Virus record (IMG/VR): IMGVR_UViG_2724679183_000002
Coordinates: 32,001-96,000 of that record
Strand: one strand, 5' to 3'
Length of the DNA: 64,000 bases
Origin: a virus
Lineage: Duplodnaviria > Caudoviricetes
Part shown: positions 39,837 through 49,254 of the stretch, one piece after another
Layout: every line of letters begins with the position of its first letter
Position numbering within the stretch: the stretch's first letter is position 1
Notes under the pieces: model-generated
Told to the model about the DNA's origin: nothing
The model's input: the letters and a program-made list of their open reading frames with translations, nothing else
Databases searched by the model: none
Translations under genes and position numbers: made by a program

Positions 39837-40253
39837 GTGGAGTGGTTGTTTGGGAAATTGAGAAGGGAGTTAATATTGGTGATATTAAGATATCTGGTTG
39901 TACTAGCGCTGTCGGCCATATGCGCCACATTGGTATATGTTATCACCCTGAATCAAGCTGAATATGTTCCTTATCTTATAATTAGTGGGATCATGTTGAC
40001 ATGTTATTTAATTTTTGAATTGCCATTGCAGCTTATCTTAAACCGAAAACCTAGAAGGTTCAATTTTAAATATCTCTTAATATACACAGTCTCTTCATTT
40101 GTTGTATGGCTAATCATGGCCGTTCTCTTTGAACCCTATAATCCAATAGGGTCAATATTAGCGAGTTATGAGATATATTTATTCAGCGTATTATTTGCTC
40201 TGATCTTTTGGCTTTGGGACTCTATTCTTGTACAAAAAGTTGCGGTTAAGTAA
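39837..40253 (+). CDS. Four-TM membrane protein, UPF0715-like
   Basis: LPLQ..L.RK..F and ALIFWLWDSI motifs shared with 44387..44788. Confidence 0.65.
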   Translation: MEWLFGKLRRELILVILRYLVVLALSAICATLVYVITLNQAEYVPYLIISGIMLTCYLIFELPLQLILNRKPRRFNFKYLLIYTVSSFVVWLIMAVLFEPYNPIGSILASYEIYLFSVLFALIFWLWDSILVQKVAVK

Positions 40254-40327
40254 CTGAGCACTCTGAATAAAAACACCATTTCATGAAAAGTGGGTTCGGG
40301 CTGCCTCATGAGAACAGCCCTTTGCCA

Positions 40328-41419
40328 TTAGCTCGCAATCTTCGTTTTGACTGGTTTGTTTGTCTTAATACTACGTAATCTAAGAGCTGGTTTTTCCACT
40401 AATCTGTATGAAAGTAAGGCGACAGCAGCAGTAGCAGCGATCAGAAATATGATCAGAGGGTAATCAGACAATGTTTTATTAATTCCGGTATACAAAAAGA
40501 CATTGGTCATTACCATATGCCATATGAAAATTCCCATACTGATATCGTCTAACCGGTTTAGCTGCCACAATATCTTCGGCCCATTGTACCCGAACCAGAC
40601 GATTGCATAGCTTAGAGGCACAAACCATAAAAAGCTCCATAATGTACTGTTTATTGAGCTGAGATGTAAGGGGTCGGTTTTAAAGAATGAAAATAAAATA
40701 ACAGAAAATAAAAATAGAACGGTATGCTGCGGTAACTTGTTCCATGCTTTAGCCCAGAAGATACCCAAAGTGAAATAAAACATTTGTGGTAGGAAAGAAT
40801 GTAGGTACAGGCTACCGGTTATACTGTCAGGCGAGTATTTCAAAATTACGAAAGAAATCAGCACACTGAAAGCGGAAATAGCAAAAGAACAAAGAATCAT
40901 TTTCTTGAATCCGAAACGTTTATAAGACCAATAAAGAGCGGGTAACACTAGGTAAAAGCTAATTTGAACAGGAATTGTCCAAAGTGAATCGTTAAGGCGA
41001 CCTACGCCAATATGATGGAATATGTCAGGGAAGTATTGAGGGTATAACACAAGATTGCTAAGAAGCCATATCCAGTACTCTTTAGTAGTGAATACTGTGA
41101 ATGAAAGAGCTCCTAGAACAATTAACAGTACTGTGGAGACAATAGCATAGGTGTATACAGCGGGTGCGATTCTGATAATTCTGCTCCAGTAAAAATCGGT
41201 AACATTTTGTCCTTTGAGCTTGGATCTCTCATAAGAAGTGAAAAGAAAAAATGCACTTAGAAAAAAGAATATTGATATTCCAGTGTGAAATATTGCCTTA
41301 CTCTCTGGGGTATAACCAAAGACAGAAATGTTTAGATCTCTTGTAGCATGACCAATTAGCACACAAAGAGCAGCAAACAGCCTGATAACAAAGAAACAAT
41401 TAGAGTGTTTTACGTACAT
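40328..41419 (-). CDS. Acyltransferase-3 (OafA-like) membrane O-acyltransferase
   Basis: RLFAA..V..GH, FFFLS, RIIRIAP, SLWTI, SYRLVEKP. About 10 TM helices. Confidence 0.88.
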   Translation of the reverse strand: MYVKHSNCFFVIRLFAALCVLIGHATRDLNISVFGYTPESKAIFHTGISIFFFLSAFFLFTSYERSKLKGQNVTDFYWSRIIRIAPAVYTYAIVSTVLLIVLGALSFTVFTTKEYWIWLLSNLVLYPQYFPDIFHHIGVGRLNDSLWTIPVQISFYLVLPALYWSYKRFGFKKMILCSFAISAFSVLISFVILKYSPDSITGSLYLHSFLPQMFYFTLGIFWAKAWNKLPQHTVLFLFSVILFSFFKTDPLHLSSINSTLWSFLWFVPLSYAIVWFGYNGPKILWQLNRLDDISMGIFIWHMVMTNVFLYTGINKTLSDYPLIIFLIAATAAVALLSYRLVEKPALRLRSIKTNKPVKTKIAS

Positions 41420-41577
41420 TAAATGAACCTCTTTCCTATACCATATAGCAAATAAGCAGCAAAGCTACTTACAAGCAGTGATGATTATATCATAAAACTG
41501 GAAGAATTGTTCTTTAAAATGAACTAAAATAAATATTTTTGTTCTCTATAAAGGCTATTCGTGTAATTTAGGAGATT

Positions 41578-41617
41578 TAGATACTTATAAATACATGTAG
41601 ATACTTATAGATACATG
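41578..41617. repeat. Tandem 20-bp direct repeat (x2)
   Basis: TAGATACTTATAAATACATG TAGATACTTATAGATACATG. Confidence 0.8.
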
Positions 41618-41723
41618 TATATCTAGCTATATCATGAAGAATACAGGCAATCGAGAAACTAATTGCCAGTTCGCTCTTCTTTATTCTCAAATGTTGTATA
41701 ATTTGGGAGAAGGGGGAGTGTAT

Positions 41724-42161
41724 ATGAAGAAGTTAGGTTTGAGTATTGCAACTGTTTTATTAACATGGTGTTTGAGTATCGGAACTGTTTCGGCCAAGAT
41801 TACAAAAGATGAGCATAAGGTCAGCTTTAAAATGACAGAGAATGAAACTGGTTTCTTTATGGCTGATAATACAAATGAGCGGTATTGGCCAACTAAGCTA
41901 GGATACAGGTTCACCATCTACAATGCAGAAGGATGTACATTGAATTTCAAACTTCAGAGAATTACGCTGGCTGGGTATGATTTTACCCTTAGTGAAAAGA
42001 ATTTCACGGGCAATCATTTAGACCTGAGCGCAATAGACAAGGTGGACGGTGATGCGAACAGAAACCATTACTTAAAGATAACAAAAGAATCCGGCTGCGG
42101 TGACGTATGGATTAAGGGTTTTTATGGATTTGAACATGACGAGCCGGATGAAGATTGGTAA
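41724..42161 (+). CDS. Secreted protein of unknown function
   Basis: Signal peptide MKKLGL...VSA, two Cys, own terminator at 42174-42199. Confidence 0.7.
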   Translation: MKKLGLSIATVLLTWCLSIGTVSAKITKDEHKVSFKMTENETGFFMADNTNERYWPTKLGYRFTIYNAEGCTLNFKLQRITLAGYDFTLSEKNFTGNHLDLSAIDKVDGDANRNHYLKITKESGCGDVWIKGFYGFEHDEPDEDW

Positions 42162-42254
42162 GCAGAATACATAGTCAAGGCATGTCCTTGACCTTTTTTA
42201 TGACAATGCTGATAATTATAAGTGATCATACTTAATGAATGCGAGGTAATAATA

Positions 42255-42476
42255 TTGATTAAATCAAATTTAAAGCCGATATTAGACGAAAGAAAGATTA
42301 GCATACGGCAGCTGTCTAATGATATTGACCATGGTTTTGCAACGGTTAGGAAGCTGTATCATGATGAAATGGAGCGATACCCAAGAGATCTTCTTGATAA
42401 GATCTGTACCTATTTAAATATTGAGCTGCATGAATTGCTGATCTACAAGAGAGATCAAAAAAGCACAAATGTCTAA
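42255..42476 (+). CDS. XRE/HTH_26 regulator
   Basis: [15 protein letters not shown]...LDKICTYL. Confidence 0.85.
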   Translation: MIKSNLKPILDERKISIRQLSNDIDHGFATVRKLYHDEMERYPRDLLDKICTYLNIELHELLIYKRDQKSTNV

Positions 42477-42523
42477 TATGCCATCCTATACATTCCTCAC
42501 TAAAAAATAAAGGGAGACTCTAA

Positions 42524-42739
42524 ATGATTGAATTCAAATTAAAGCAACTAGCTGAAGAAAAAGGAATAAGCGGTATAAGGGAACTATCAAGGATTCTTGA
42601 ACACGATTATAAAAGTGTGCGTTTGATGTGGCTTGGTGAAATAAAGCGAGTTCCAACAGATCTTATTGAAAAAGTGTGCTCCTATTTTGACGTCACAATT
42701 AATGAATTAATGGAATTTAAAAAAGATGAAAATAATTAG
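42524..42739 (+). CDS. XRE/HTH_26 regulator (paralogue)
   Basis: LAEEKGISGIRELSR...IEKVCSYF. Confidence 0.85.
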   Translation: MIEFKLKQLAEEKGISGIRELSRILEHDYKSVRLMWLGEIKRVPTDLIEKVCSYFDVTINELMEFKKDENN

Positions 42740-42830
42740 AAAAAGTATTGATCCGTTTTAGGGATCATGATATACTAAAGTTACAAGTTAAGGAAACATT
42801 AAAAAAGAATGGAAGAGAGAGTGAGAGAGA

Positions 42831-43046
42831 ATGAATAACTTAGAACAACATTTAAAAGAGCAAACGGATGCCTTTTTAGCAGACTGCTTTAATGAATTAA
42901 AACAGTGGCGGGAAACCGGTGTCTTAGAGCAGGGGAAGGTTAGAAATTTACACGATACTTTTAATACGAATATCACTCAGCTACATATGATCAGTGAAGT
43001 AATTTACAGGGAGTTAGCATCAAGATTTGTTGAAAAAGTCAAGTAA
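42831..43046 (+). CDS. Hypothetical protein
   Basis: 71 aa. Upstream TTGATC-17-TATACT promoter-like sequence. Confidence 0.6.
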   Translation: MNNLEQHLKEQTDAFLADCFNELKQWRETGVLEQGKVRNLHDTFNTNITQLHMISEVIYRELASRFVEKVK

Positions 43047-43153
43047 ATCTAGAGTAAAATAAGTGAGAAGTTTACAGAGGCCTGCAATTACGTGGAGGAA
43101 ATTGCAGGCAATTTTTATAAAATCGTACTTTCATAAAGAATAGGAGAAAAGAG

Positions 43154-43468
43154 ATGTTGCCGACTTCTTTAAAAACAAAAGTTCAGCGAATTTTATTACA
43201 AGGTAGCTTTAAAAAATCTGAGAGCTCTAAAAGTAGAGTAAAAGGACTAAGCAATATTTCTGCGGGTTTTACTTTTGCCAAGACGTTTGACGACGATTAC
43301 TGCCTCTATTATACAGCCGGTAATATGGCTTTCCGGGGAATGCCTAACGAAGAAAAGGATAATCAAACAGAAAAAATGTATCAGTTCTTATTGGATCAGG
43401 GTCTTCAAAAAAACATTGAACTGATAGATTTTAGAAATCAAAAAGCAATTTTGTTGAAAGTGAAATAA
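43154..43468 (+). CDS. Hypothetical protein
   Basis: 104 aa with AGGAG RBS. Confidence 0.6.
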   Translation: MLPTSLKTKVQRILLQGSFKKSESSKSRVKGLSNISAGFTFAKTFDDDYCLYYTAGNMAFRGMPNEEKDNQTEKMYQFLLDQGLQKNIELIDFRNQKAILLKVK

Positions 43469-43530
43469 TTGCACTGCACTTTGAGAAACATCATAAAATC
43501 ACACTTTTGCAGGGAATAGGAGAGGTTATA

Positions 43531-43767
43531 ATGCAGAATACAGTAAAAGTAACTTTCAATGTAAATGGAGTAGAAATCAAAACAGATGGGCGTGTACCGC
43601 AAATGCCTAATGGCATTAATGCAGATAATATGATTGTTTTACATGCTAAAAGCAATTTGAAGAAAAATCTTGGGATTGATATTTATGAGGTCATGAACGC
43701 AGAGCACTATGATGACATTGAACATCTCGTAACTATTGACAAATCAGGCTATACTCAGGGTGTTTAA
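43531..43767 (+). CDS. Hypothetical protein
   Basis: 78 aa with GGAGAGG RBS. Confidence 0.6.
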   Translation: MQNTVKVTFNVNGVEIKTDGRVPQMPNGINADNMIVLHAKSNLKKNLGIDIYEVMNAEHYDDIEHLVTIDKSGYTQGV

Positions 43768-43804
43768 ATAAAATCATTCTTTTATGAAGAGAGGGTTAAT
43801 CAAA

Positions 43805-44065
43805 ATGAAAAATGACTTTTTCGAAGAGCGAAACACAACAAATAAAAACGCGTTTGAAAATAATGAGGAAAATAACTCCGGTTGGTATGACAATGAAACA
43901 GATACATATTTTGAGATAGGCGATAAAGTTATCTGGTGGGGCGATGAAGAAGAAAGAATTGGTGTGATTAAATCCATCAAGGAAGAAACATTTGGGGTAT
44001 TGTGGTCGGATGAACAATATATTGAATATCCTGCGGATCACCAGGATGCAATTAAGAAGGCATAA
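43805..44065 (+). CDS. Hypothetical acidic protein (SH3-like pattern)
   Basis: FEIGDKV.W......G.I pattern. Confidence 0.55.
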   Translation: MKNDFFEERNTTNKNAFENNEENNSGWYDNETDTYFEIGDKVIWWGDEEERIGVIKSIKEETFGVLWSDEQYIEYPADHQDAIKKA

Positions 44066-44088
44066 GATAAAACTACGATTTTAAGGAG

Positions 44089-44331
44089 ATGTATAATATG
44101 CCAAAGAAGTATAGCGACAGAGGCTTTGCAATTTATGAAGAATTAACTGACACTCAACAAACAACTGTTAAAGTTCAGAAAAGCTCTTTAGCTGAAGAAG
44201 AATGCGTATTTATTCTAGGAAATAACGATATAAGCAGTCACCCGGATAAGTATTTCCCACCTCATTTAAATGTGGAGCAAGCAAAGCGTGTTATTAAAGC
44301 ACTACAAGAGTTTGTAGGCGAAAACGAATAA
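44089..44331 (+). CDS. Hypothetical protein
   Basis: RGF...D......V.VQKSSLA...HLNVEQA..I..LQ.F, a pattern I recall from phage small proteins. Confidence 0.6.
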   Translation: MYNMPKKYSDRGFAIYEELTDTQQTTVKVQKSSLAEEECVFILGNNDISSHPDKYFPPHLNVEQAKRVIKALQEFVGENE

Positions 44332-44386
44332 ACAGAGTCTAAATATAACAACTCTTTTACAGGACGTGAAGACAGGAGGTGCAGGC

Positions 44387-44788
44387 TTGGGGTTTAATAA
44401 AACGTTGATCAGTTGTGCTTATACATTGGCATTTTCAAGTTTGTCGTACGGTCTAATATTCGGACTTTATTTGTTTGTTTACTCTGGCTTTGTGCCAATT
44501 GCGTTAATCACTGTGGTTGTCATTGCTTTTTACGCATTAATCACTTACTTTGTATTTGCTCTTCCTTTGCAAATATGGCTGATAAGAAAGCGTAAAAAGT
44601 TTAGTTTAACTCATCTTTTTATTTATGCTGCAGTAGCCTTTTTAGCTGTGCTCTTGTTTTTGGGCATCGATAGCCCTCCTATTGATTTTACAGTTTTCAA
44701 GAGTTTAACTTATTACATAATGAGCATTGTTGCCGCGTTAATTTATTGGTTCTGGGACTCCATATTTTTAAAGGCTTATGACTCCTAG
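44387..44788 (+). CDS. UPF0715-family membrane protein (YopD-like)
   Basis: Four TM helices, LIYWFWDSIF. Position before the yopE/F/G-like genes. Confidence 0.65.
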   Translation: MGFNKTLISCAYTLAFSSLSYGLIFGLYLFVYSGFVPIALITVVVIAFYALITYFVFALPLQIWLIRKRKKFSLTHLFIYAAVAFLAVLLFLGIDSPPIDFTVFKSLTYYIMSIVAALIYWFWDSIFLKAYDS

Positions 44789-44792
44789 ATCA

Positions 44793-45050
44793 CTAAACCA
44801 TGTACTTCACAACATTAACTACAAGCACAAAGGTAGCTGATCCAAACATTATATATCCAGGCCATTTATGATTGTTTATAAGTGATTCGACTCCTGCTAA
44901 AACCAAAAGTAGCACTAATAAAAATTGAAGAAACGACAATAGGAATTCACTCTGATTGAAAAAACTGTACACGCATAGGATCAGAGTTGCACAGGAAAGA
45001 ATTATTTTTGTTGCCTTAAGCAAAAAATCACTCCTTAAACACTTGAACAT
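44793..45050 (-). CDS. Small three-TM membrane protein
   Basis: Hydrophobic 85 aa ORF. Start uncertain. Confidence 0.55.
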   Translation of the reverse strand: MFKCLRSDFLLKATKIILSCATLILCVYSFFNQSEFLLSFLQFLLVLLLVLAGVESLINNHKWPGYIMFGSATFVLVVNVVKYMV

Positions 45051-45135
45051 ATTGATGTTTACTGTATCATGTTTTTCTCTCTGTTTCGAGAGGCAATTGG
45101 ATCAAGAAGTATTTTACGGGAGGTAGGCGAGCGTT

Positions 45136-45360
45136 ATGATTAAGGTTTACACCATTGGACATGAGATACCCGAGAAAGTTAAATCGTATATCGATGAATG
45201 GAATTATTGGTTTTGGATTGCTGTTGCTAATACTCCTAAGAAAAATCGAGACGCCAAATTTTTAATTGATCAAATTCAACCTGATGAAGATAAAGAGAAT
45301 GTTTACAGAACTGATGATGGTATTGAGGTATATGTTAGCTATATGATGCCTGTGAAATAA
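45136..45360 (+). CDS. Hypothetical protein
   Basis: 74 aa with GGGAGGT RBS. Confidence 0.55.
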   Translation: MIKVYTIGHEIPEKVKSYIDEWNYWFWIAVANTPKKNRDAKFLIDQIQPDEDKENVYRTDDGIEVYVSYMMPVK

Positions 45361-45380
45361 CCAAATAAAAAAGAGCATAA

Positions 45381-45563
45381 TTAAATGCTCTTCTTCATAC
45401 CACACCTACGACACTCACGCAAAAATACACCACTTTTCACTGAACTCTTGAACAGAGTGTAATCACAGTTGTCACAGCGACCATACTTAACATCAGGGTA
45501 CTCCTTATAATCGTAAACAATAGAAACATCGTACCCATTTGTCTCAAAATCTTTCTCTTCCAT
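45381..45563 (-). CDS. Zinc-ribbon small protein
   Basis: CDNC...CRRC with AGGTG RBS. Confidence 0.7.
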   Translation of the reverse strand: MEEKDFETNGYDVSIVYDYKEYPDVKYGRCDNCDYTLFKSSVKSGVFLRECRRCGMKKSI

Positions 45564-45633
45564 TAAATTTCACCTACACAAAGTATTTAACACTACTATA
45601 ATACCAGACGATGTATATAAGGAGGGTTTTAAT

Positions 45634-45885
45634 TTGATTGGAATAGCATATTTCTTAATACTCTGGCTGGGTGTTGGCTTTCTAACAGGATTTAAGGCCT
45701 TATTCGTTGATCAAGTTTACGAGGAAGAATTTAAACAGGAACTTATTAACTCATTTTCACCAGGTATGGAGTAGAATATGATTGAACTATTCTTTAAAAA
45801 TAAAATAAATATCATGGTGTTTTACATACTGATTGGGTTCTTACCTTTAGCAATTAAAATCGTTGGGCTGCTGAAGAGGAGTTAG
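45634..45885 (+). pseudogene. yopE-like membrane protein interrupted by an in-frame TAG
   Basis: 83-codon frame MIGIAYFLILWLG...PGME*NMIELFF...LKRS with TAG at 45772-45774. AAGGAGG RBS. Confidence 0.7.
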
Positions 45886-45887
45886 TT

Positions 45888-46103
45888 ATGCCGGTTATCG
45901 ATAGCTTTTTTGTTATTCAATTTGAAAATGATGATTACTTCAAGTCATTTAAATTAGACAATAGTGGTTATATAGTATCTCAGGGGCTTCATGGCGCTTC
46001 TAAGTTCACTACAATGTCAGAAGCTTTAGTGATCTCAAATGAGCTACATACACAGTTTAAAGCCACTTCTGCCATAAGACAAATTGAAGTTATTACTAGA
46101 TGA
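45888..46103 (+). CDS. yopF: YopF-like protein
   Basis: 71 aa. Synteny. Confidence 0.6.
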   Translation: MPVIDSFFVIQFENDDYFKSFKLDNSGYIVSQGLHGASKFTTMSEALVISNELHTQFKATSAIRQIEVITR

Positions 46104-46114
46104 GGAGTGTTCAG

Positions 46115-46246
46115 GTGTATTGGATTGAATGGATAGAGAATGGGGAGAAGAAAAGTATCGTTGCTGAGGGTTGGGTTGAATGGGCTTCAATCCTGGAAGA
46201 CCTTTATCAGCAGCGATTTGAGTATGTAGAATGGAAACGGCTTTGA
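46115..46246 (+). CDS. yopG: YopG-like small Trp-rich protein (43 aa)
   Basis: GAGGAG RBS. MYWIEWIENGEKKSIVAEGWVEW...EWKRL. Confidence 0.65.
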   Translation: MYWIEWIENGEKKSIVAEGWVEWASILEDLYQQRFEYVEWKRL

Positions 46247-46307
46247 ATAAAATAAGGTGTTTCAACTTTAAAAAATGGTTTTTGTTTTGCTGTTAGGCTA
46301 GAATTAA

Positions 46308-46931
46308 ATGAAAGGCGATGCTATCGTGAATCAAATAGTTTTAACATTAATAAATATATGGGATTGGTTTCTTTCCAATACAGGAAGTTTAGGAATGTTT
46401 GTATTAACAATTTTTATCGCATACTATTCTAAAAAATCTTCTAAGGCTAGCCTCGAGGCTGCAAAATTGGCTAAATATGAGTATGAAAGTAAAAAGGAAC
46501 CCGAAATAATAATCTATTTTGAGTTAAATGAGTTTAATCTGGATTTTAAAATGATGAACATTGGTTATGGTGTAGCGACAAATGTCACTGTCAATTTAGA
46601 AGAAAAGAGCGGCACTTTCCAAAAGAGCTATATGTACAAAATGAAAAATGGGATTTTTAACACCTGTATTCAGACATTTGCTCCAAATCAAGAAATCAAA
46701 GGGATTGCCGCTAGAGTTTCAGATATTAAAAATGATGATTCTGAATATCCTGTTTTTACTTGTAATATCACTTATTCCGATATGAATGGAAAACTATATA
46801 ATAAAAGGTATGACTTTGATTTGAATTATTTGGGGGGACTAGTTTGGACAGAAAAAGCAACCTTACATAATGTTGCTAATAGTCTAAAAGAAATTAAAGC
46901 AGAAATACAAAACCTTCATTCCAAGTCTTAA
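46308..46931 (+). CDS. Membrane-anchored hypothetical protein
   Basis: N-terminal TM helix and NIGYGVATNV motif. Confidence 0.65.
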   Translation: MKGDAIVNQIVLTLINIWDWFLSNTGSLGMFVLTIFIAYYSKKSSKASLEAAKLAKYEYESKKEPEIIIYFELNEFNLDFKMMNIGYGVATNVTVNLEEKSGTFQKSYMYKMKNGIFNTCIQTFAPNQEIKGIAARVSDIKNDDSEYPVFTCNITYSDMNGKLYNKRYDFDLNYLGGLVWTEKATLHNVANSLKEIKAEIQNLHSKS

Positions 46932-47012
46932 ATTATAATAAGGCTAACGAGAAACTTACGCTAAATTAATTTAAGGAAGATTAAATAAAAATAATTGTAT
47001 TAAGGAGAAGTT

Positions 47013-47429
47013 ATGAAACAAGTTTACCTACACATAAGATGGGAAGACCTTCACGGTGAAATTGGAGTGGATTCTTTTAATCTTTTGAGATTGATTTATT
47101 TGAATTTGAGCGAACAAGAATTAATAGAGGCAATTAAAGCATTGATATTTATTGAGCGGGAGGATATAGCTGCCAAATTTGATATTCACCTATCTGAGAA
47201 TAGCCCAGTTTTTAACGAACGGCAATATGTTGTTTACAAAGGAATTGCGGGAGAAATTAATTATAGAGACATGTTAATTTCATTGGCATCTACATTAGAA
47301 ATGAGTAATACATTAGACCATGTGCAGAATATCATGTCTTTAGCAAAATGTTTAAGAAGTTTTGATAGAGAGATTTTCGACAGATTTGCAAAGGATATCG
47401 CAGAAGAGGTGTATTATAGCCTTAAATAA
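47013..47429 (+). CDS. yopJ: YopJ-like protein
   Basis: 138 aa, directly upstream of aimR. Confidence 0.6.
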   Translation: MKQVYLHIRWEDLHGEIGVDSFNLLRLIYLNLSEQELIEAIKALIFIEREDIAAKFDIHLSENSPVFNERQYVVYKGIAGEINYRDMLISLASTLEMSNTLDHVQNIMSLAKCLRSFDREIFDRFAKDIAEEVYYSLK

Positions 47430-47497
47430 GGTTATTTTTGGAGACGCAATGAGGCCTTTTCCTCATTGTGTCTGTTTAAAATACGAATTTTAATCAT

Positions 47498-47554
47498 ATA
47501 AAAATAAAAAATAAGTATAAAGTGATTGACTGAAAATTGTTTGTTCTGTATTAT
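47498..47554 (+). promoter_or_regulatory. aimR promoter with SPBRE-like box
   Basis: Box at 47498-47519. TTGACT(47526)-17-TATTAT(47549). Confidence 0.7.
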
Positions 47555-47595
47555 AAGAGTATAAACAACGGTACATATGAAAAGAGGGGAATCGA

Positions 47596-48756
47596 ATGGA
47601 GCTTATAAGAATAGCTATGCGAAAAGATTTGGAAAATGATAAATCTCTCATGAGTAAATGGGCTACGGTAGCTGGTCTTAAAAACCCAAACCCCCTTTAC
47701 GATTTCTTAAATCATGATGGGAAAACATTTAATGAATTCTCTTCTCTTGTTAATATTGTGAAAAGCCAGTACCCTGAACGCGAATACGAGCTAATGAAAG
47801 ACTATTGTGAGCATCTTGATCCTAATACTAAAGCAGCAAGAAGCGCATTAGAGTATGCAGATGCGAATAAATACTATGAAATTGAAGACAAATTGATTAG
47901 TTCAATGGTTGAAAGTAGCAATAATAAAAGCAAAGAATATGGAAAGGTATACGAGATACATAGAGAACTAACCCAAGAAAATATTAATGAGTTTGAGGCG
48001 ACAAAAAGACTCGGAAGATTGAATATTAAAACAGCCGAAATGAACAACTTTGCGCGCATTTCTTTGCTATACCATTATCTAGAGTCAGGTAACTTTGCTC
48101 CAATGGATAGATTGATAAAACAAGTTGACCTTTCTGAAGTTAAAGAAAATCTTTTTGTTAAAAACCTATATCAGACCCGAGTTTTTGTTTTACAATCGAA
48201 CATTAAACTGAATGAGAATAAATTAAGTGAATGCAGAGAGTATGCAAAGAAAGCAATTGACAGTACCAATATCCAGAGGTTTCAAGTCTTTAGCTATCTT
48301 ACTGCTGGTAATTCATTATTATTTACAGACTACCACAAAGCTAAAGACTATTTTCTAAAGGGGCTAAGTGCTTCAACTGACAGTAACATCTATCAAAGAA
48401 TATTGAGACAAGCTCTCTGTTTTTTAAACAACGTTTGGGAAAAAGAAAACGATTTTCTAAACACCGATTCTAAGGAGATAATAGATTTACAGGAATACGC
48501 ACATATGCTTATAAATAAAAAAAATACAGAAAGAGCAAAAAAAATTCTGGATCAATTAGATCAATTGGAACATAACGATAATGAGTTGGCCATGCATTAT
48601 TACTTAAAAGGAAAACTCAAAATGGACAAGCAGTGCTTTTATTCATCAATTGAGTACTTTAAAAAATCAAACGATAAGTTTCTTATCAGATTACCGTTAA
48701 TAATGTTAAAACAACTGGGAGAGAATGAAAAGCTTTTAAATCTCTTGGCGTTATAA
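47596..48756 (+). CDS. aimR: Arbitrium receptor AimR (SPbeta type)
   Basis: 386 aa. MELIRIAM.KDLEND...GLKNPNPLYDFLNHDGK...FKKSNDKF. HTH plus TPR. Confidence 0.96.
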   Translation: MELIRIAMRKDLENDKSLMSKWATVAGLKNPNPLYDFLNHDGKTFNEFSSLVNIVKSQYPEREYELMKDYCEHLDPNTKAARSALEYADANKYYEIEDKLISSMVESSNNKSKEYGKVYEIHRELTQENINEFEATKRLGRLNIKTAEMNNFARISLLYHYLESGNFAPMDRLIKQVDLSEVKENLFVKNLYQTRVFVLQSNIKLNENKLSECREYAKKAIDSTNIQRFQVFSYLTAGNSLLFTDYHKAKDYFLKGLSASTDSNIYQRILRQALCFLNNVWEKENDFLNTDSKEIIDLQEYAHMLINKKNTERAKKILDQLDQLEHNDNELAMHYYLKGKLKMDKQCFYSSIEYFKKSNDKFLIRLPLIMLKQLGENEKLLNLLAL

Positions 48757-48776
48757 ACTTGAAAGGGGGTGAGAAT

Positions 48777-48902
48777 ATGAAAAAAGTTGTTATGGCAGCA
48801 ATTATTTTAGGAGCACTTTTTGTCTCGTTTGCAGGAGTAAACACAGCCAGTCAACAAGCTTCTGGTAAATACGAAATAGCAGGAATGCCTCGGGGCGCAT
48901 AA
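48777..48902 (+). CDS. aimP: Arbitrium pre-pro-peptide AimP; mature peptide GMPRGA
   Basis: 41 aa MKKVVMAAIILGALFVSFAGVNTASQQASGKYEIAGMPRGA. Confidence 0.96.
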   Translation: MKKVVMAAIILGALFVSFAGVNTASQQASGKYEIAGMPRGA

Positions 48903-48964
48903 AGAACTTGACACATAATTGGGAAAATTATATTATTTACTTAATTAAATTAATTTGTGAAATC

Positions 48965-49000
48965 AAAAAGACGTTTGGCTCATTGAGCTAGGCGTCTTTT
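48965..49000 (+). terminator. Intrinsic terminator downstream of aimP
   Basis: AAAAGACGTTTGGCTC-ATT-GAGCTAGGCGTCTTTT. Confidence 0.75.
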
Positions 49001-49254
49001 GTGCTTTAAAGTTCACCACGAGATTAGTTCAATTTCGCATAACTAAGGGAAAATCGTCTAATTAAGGTAACTGGTGTACTTACATAACTCTAAAACCACT
49101 ATCAATAATTAAATACTGAAACAGCACATTCGAAAAAAGATTAAAAAGAATGTGCTATTTGTCGTTAAAACATCTTTACTTATTACGTTCAATGCATTAA
49201 AATGAATTTAGAAATCAAAAAGAAAAAATAAGTATTGTTTTAGGGGGAGGAATT

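Noticed and set aside
37570-47492. CRISPR array
   Set aside because: The repeated motif is 16 bp with a variable centre and is separated by whole genes. No cas genes are present.
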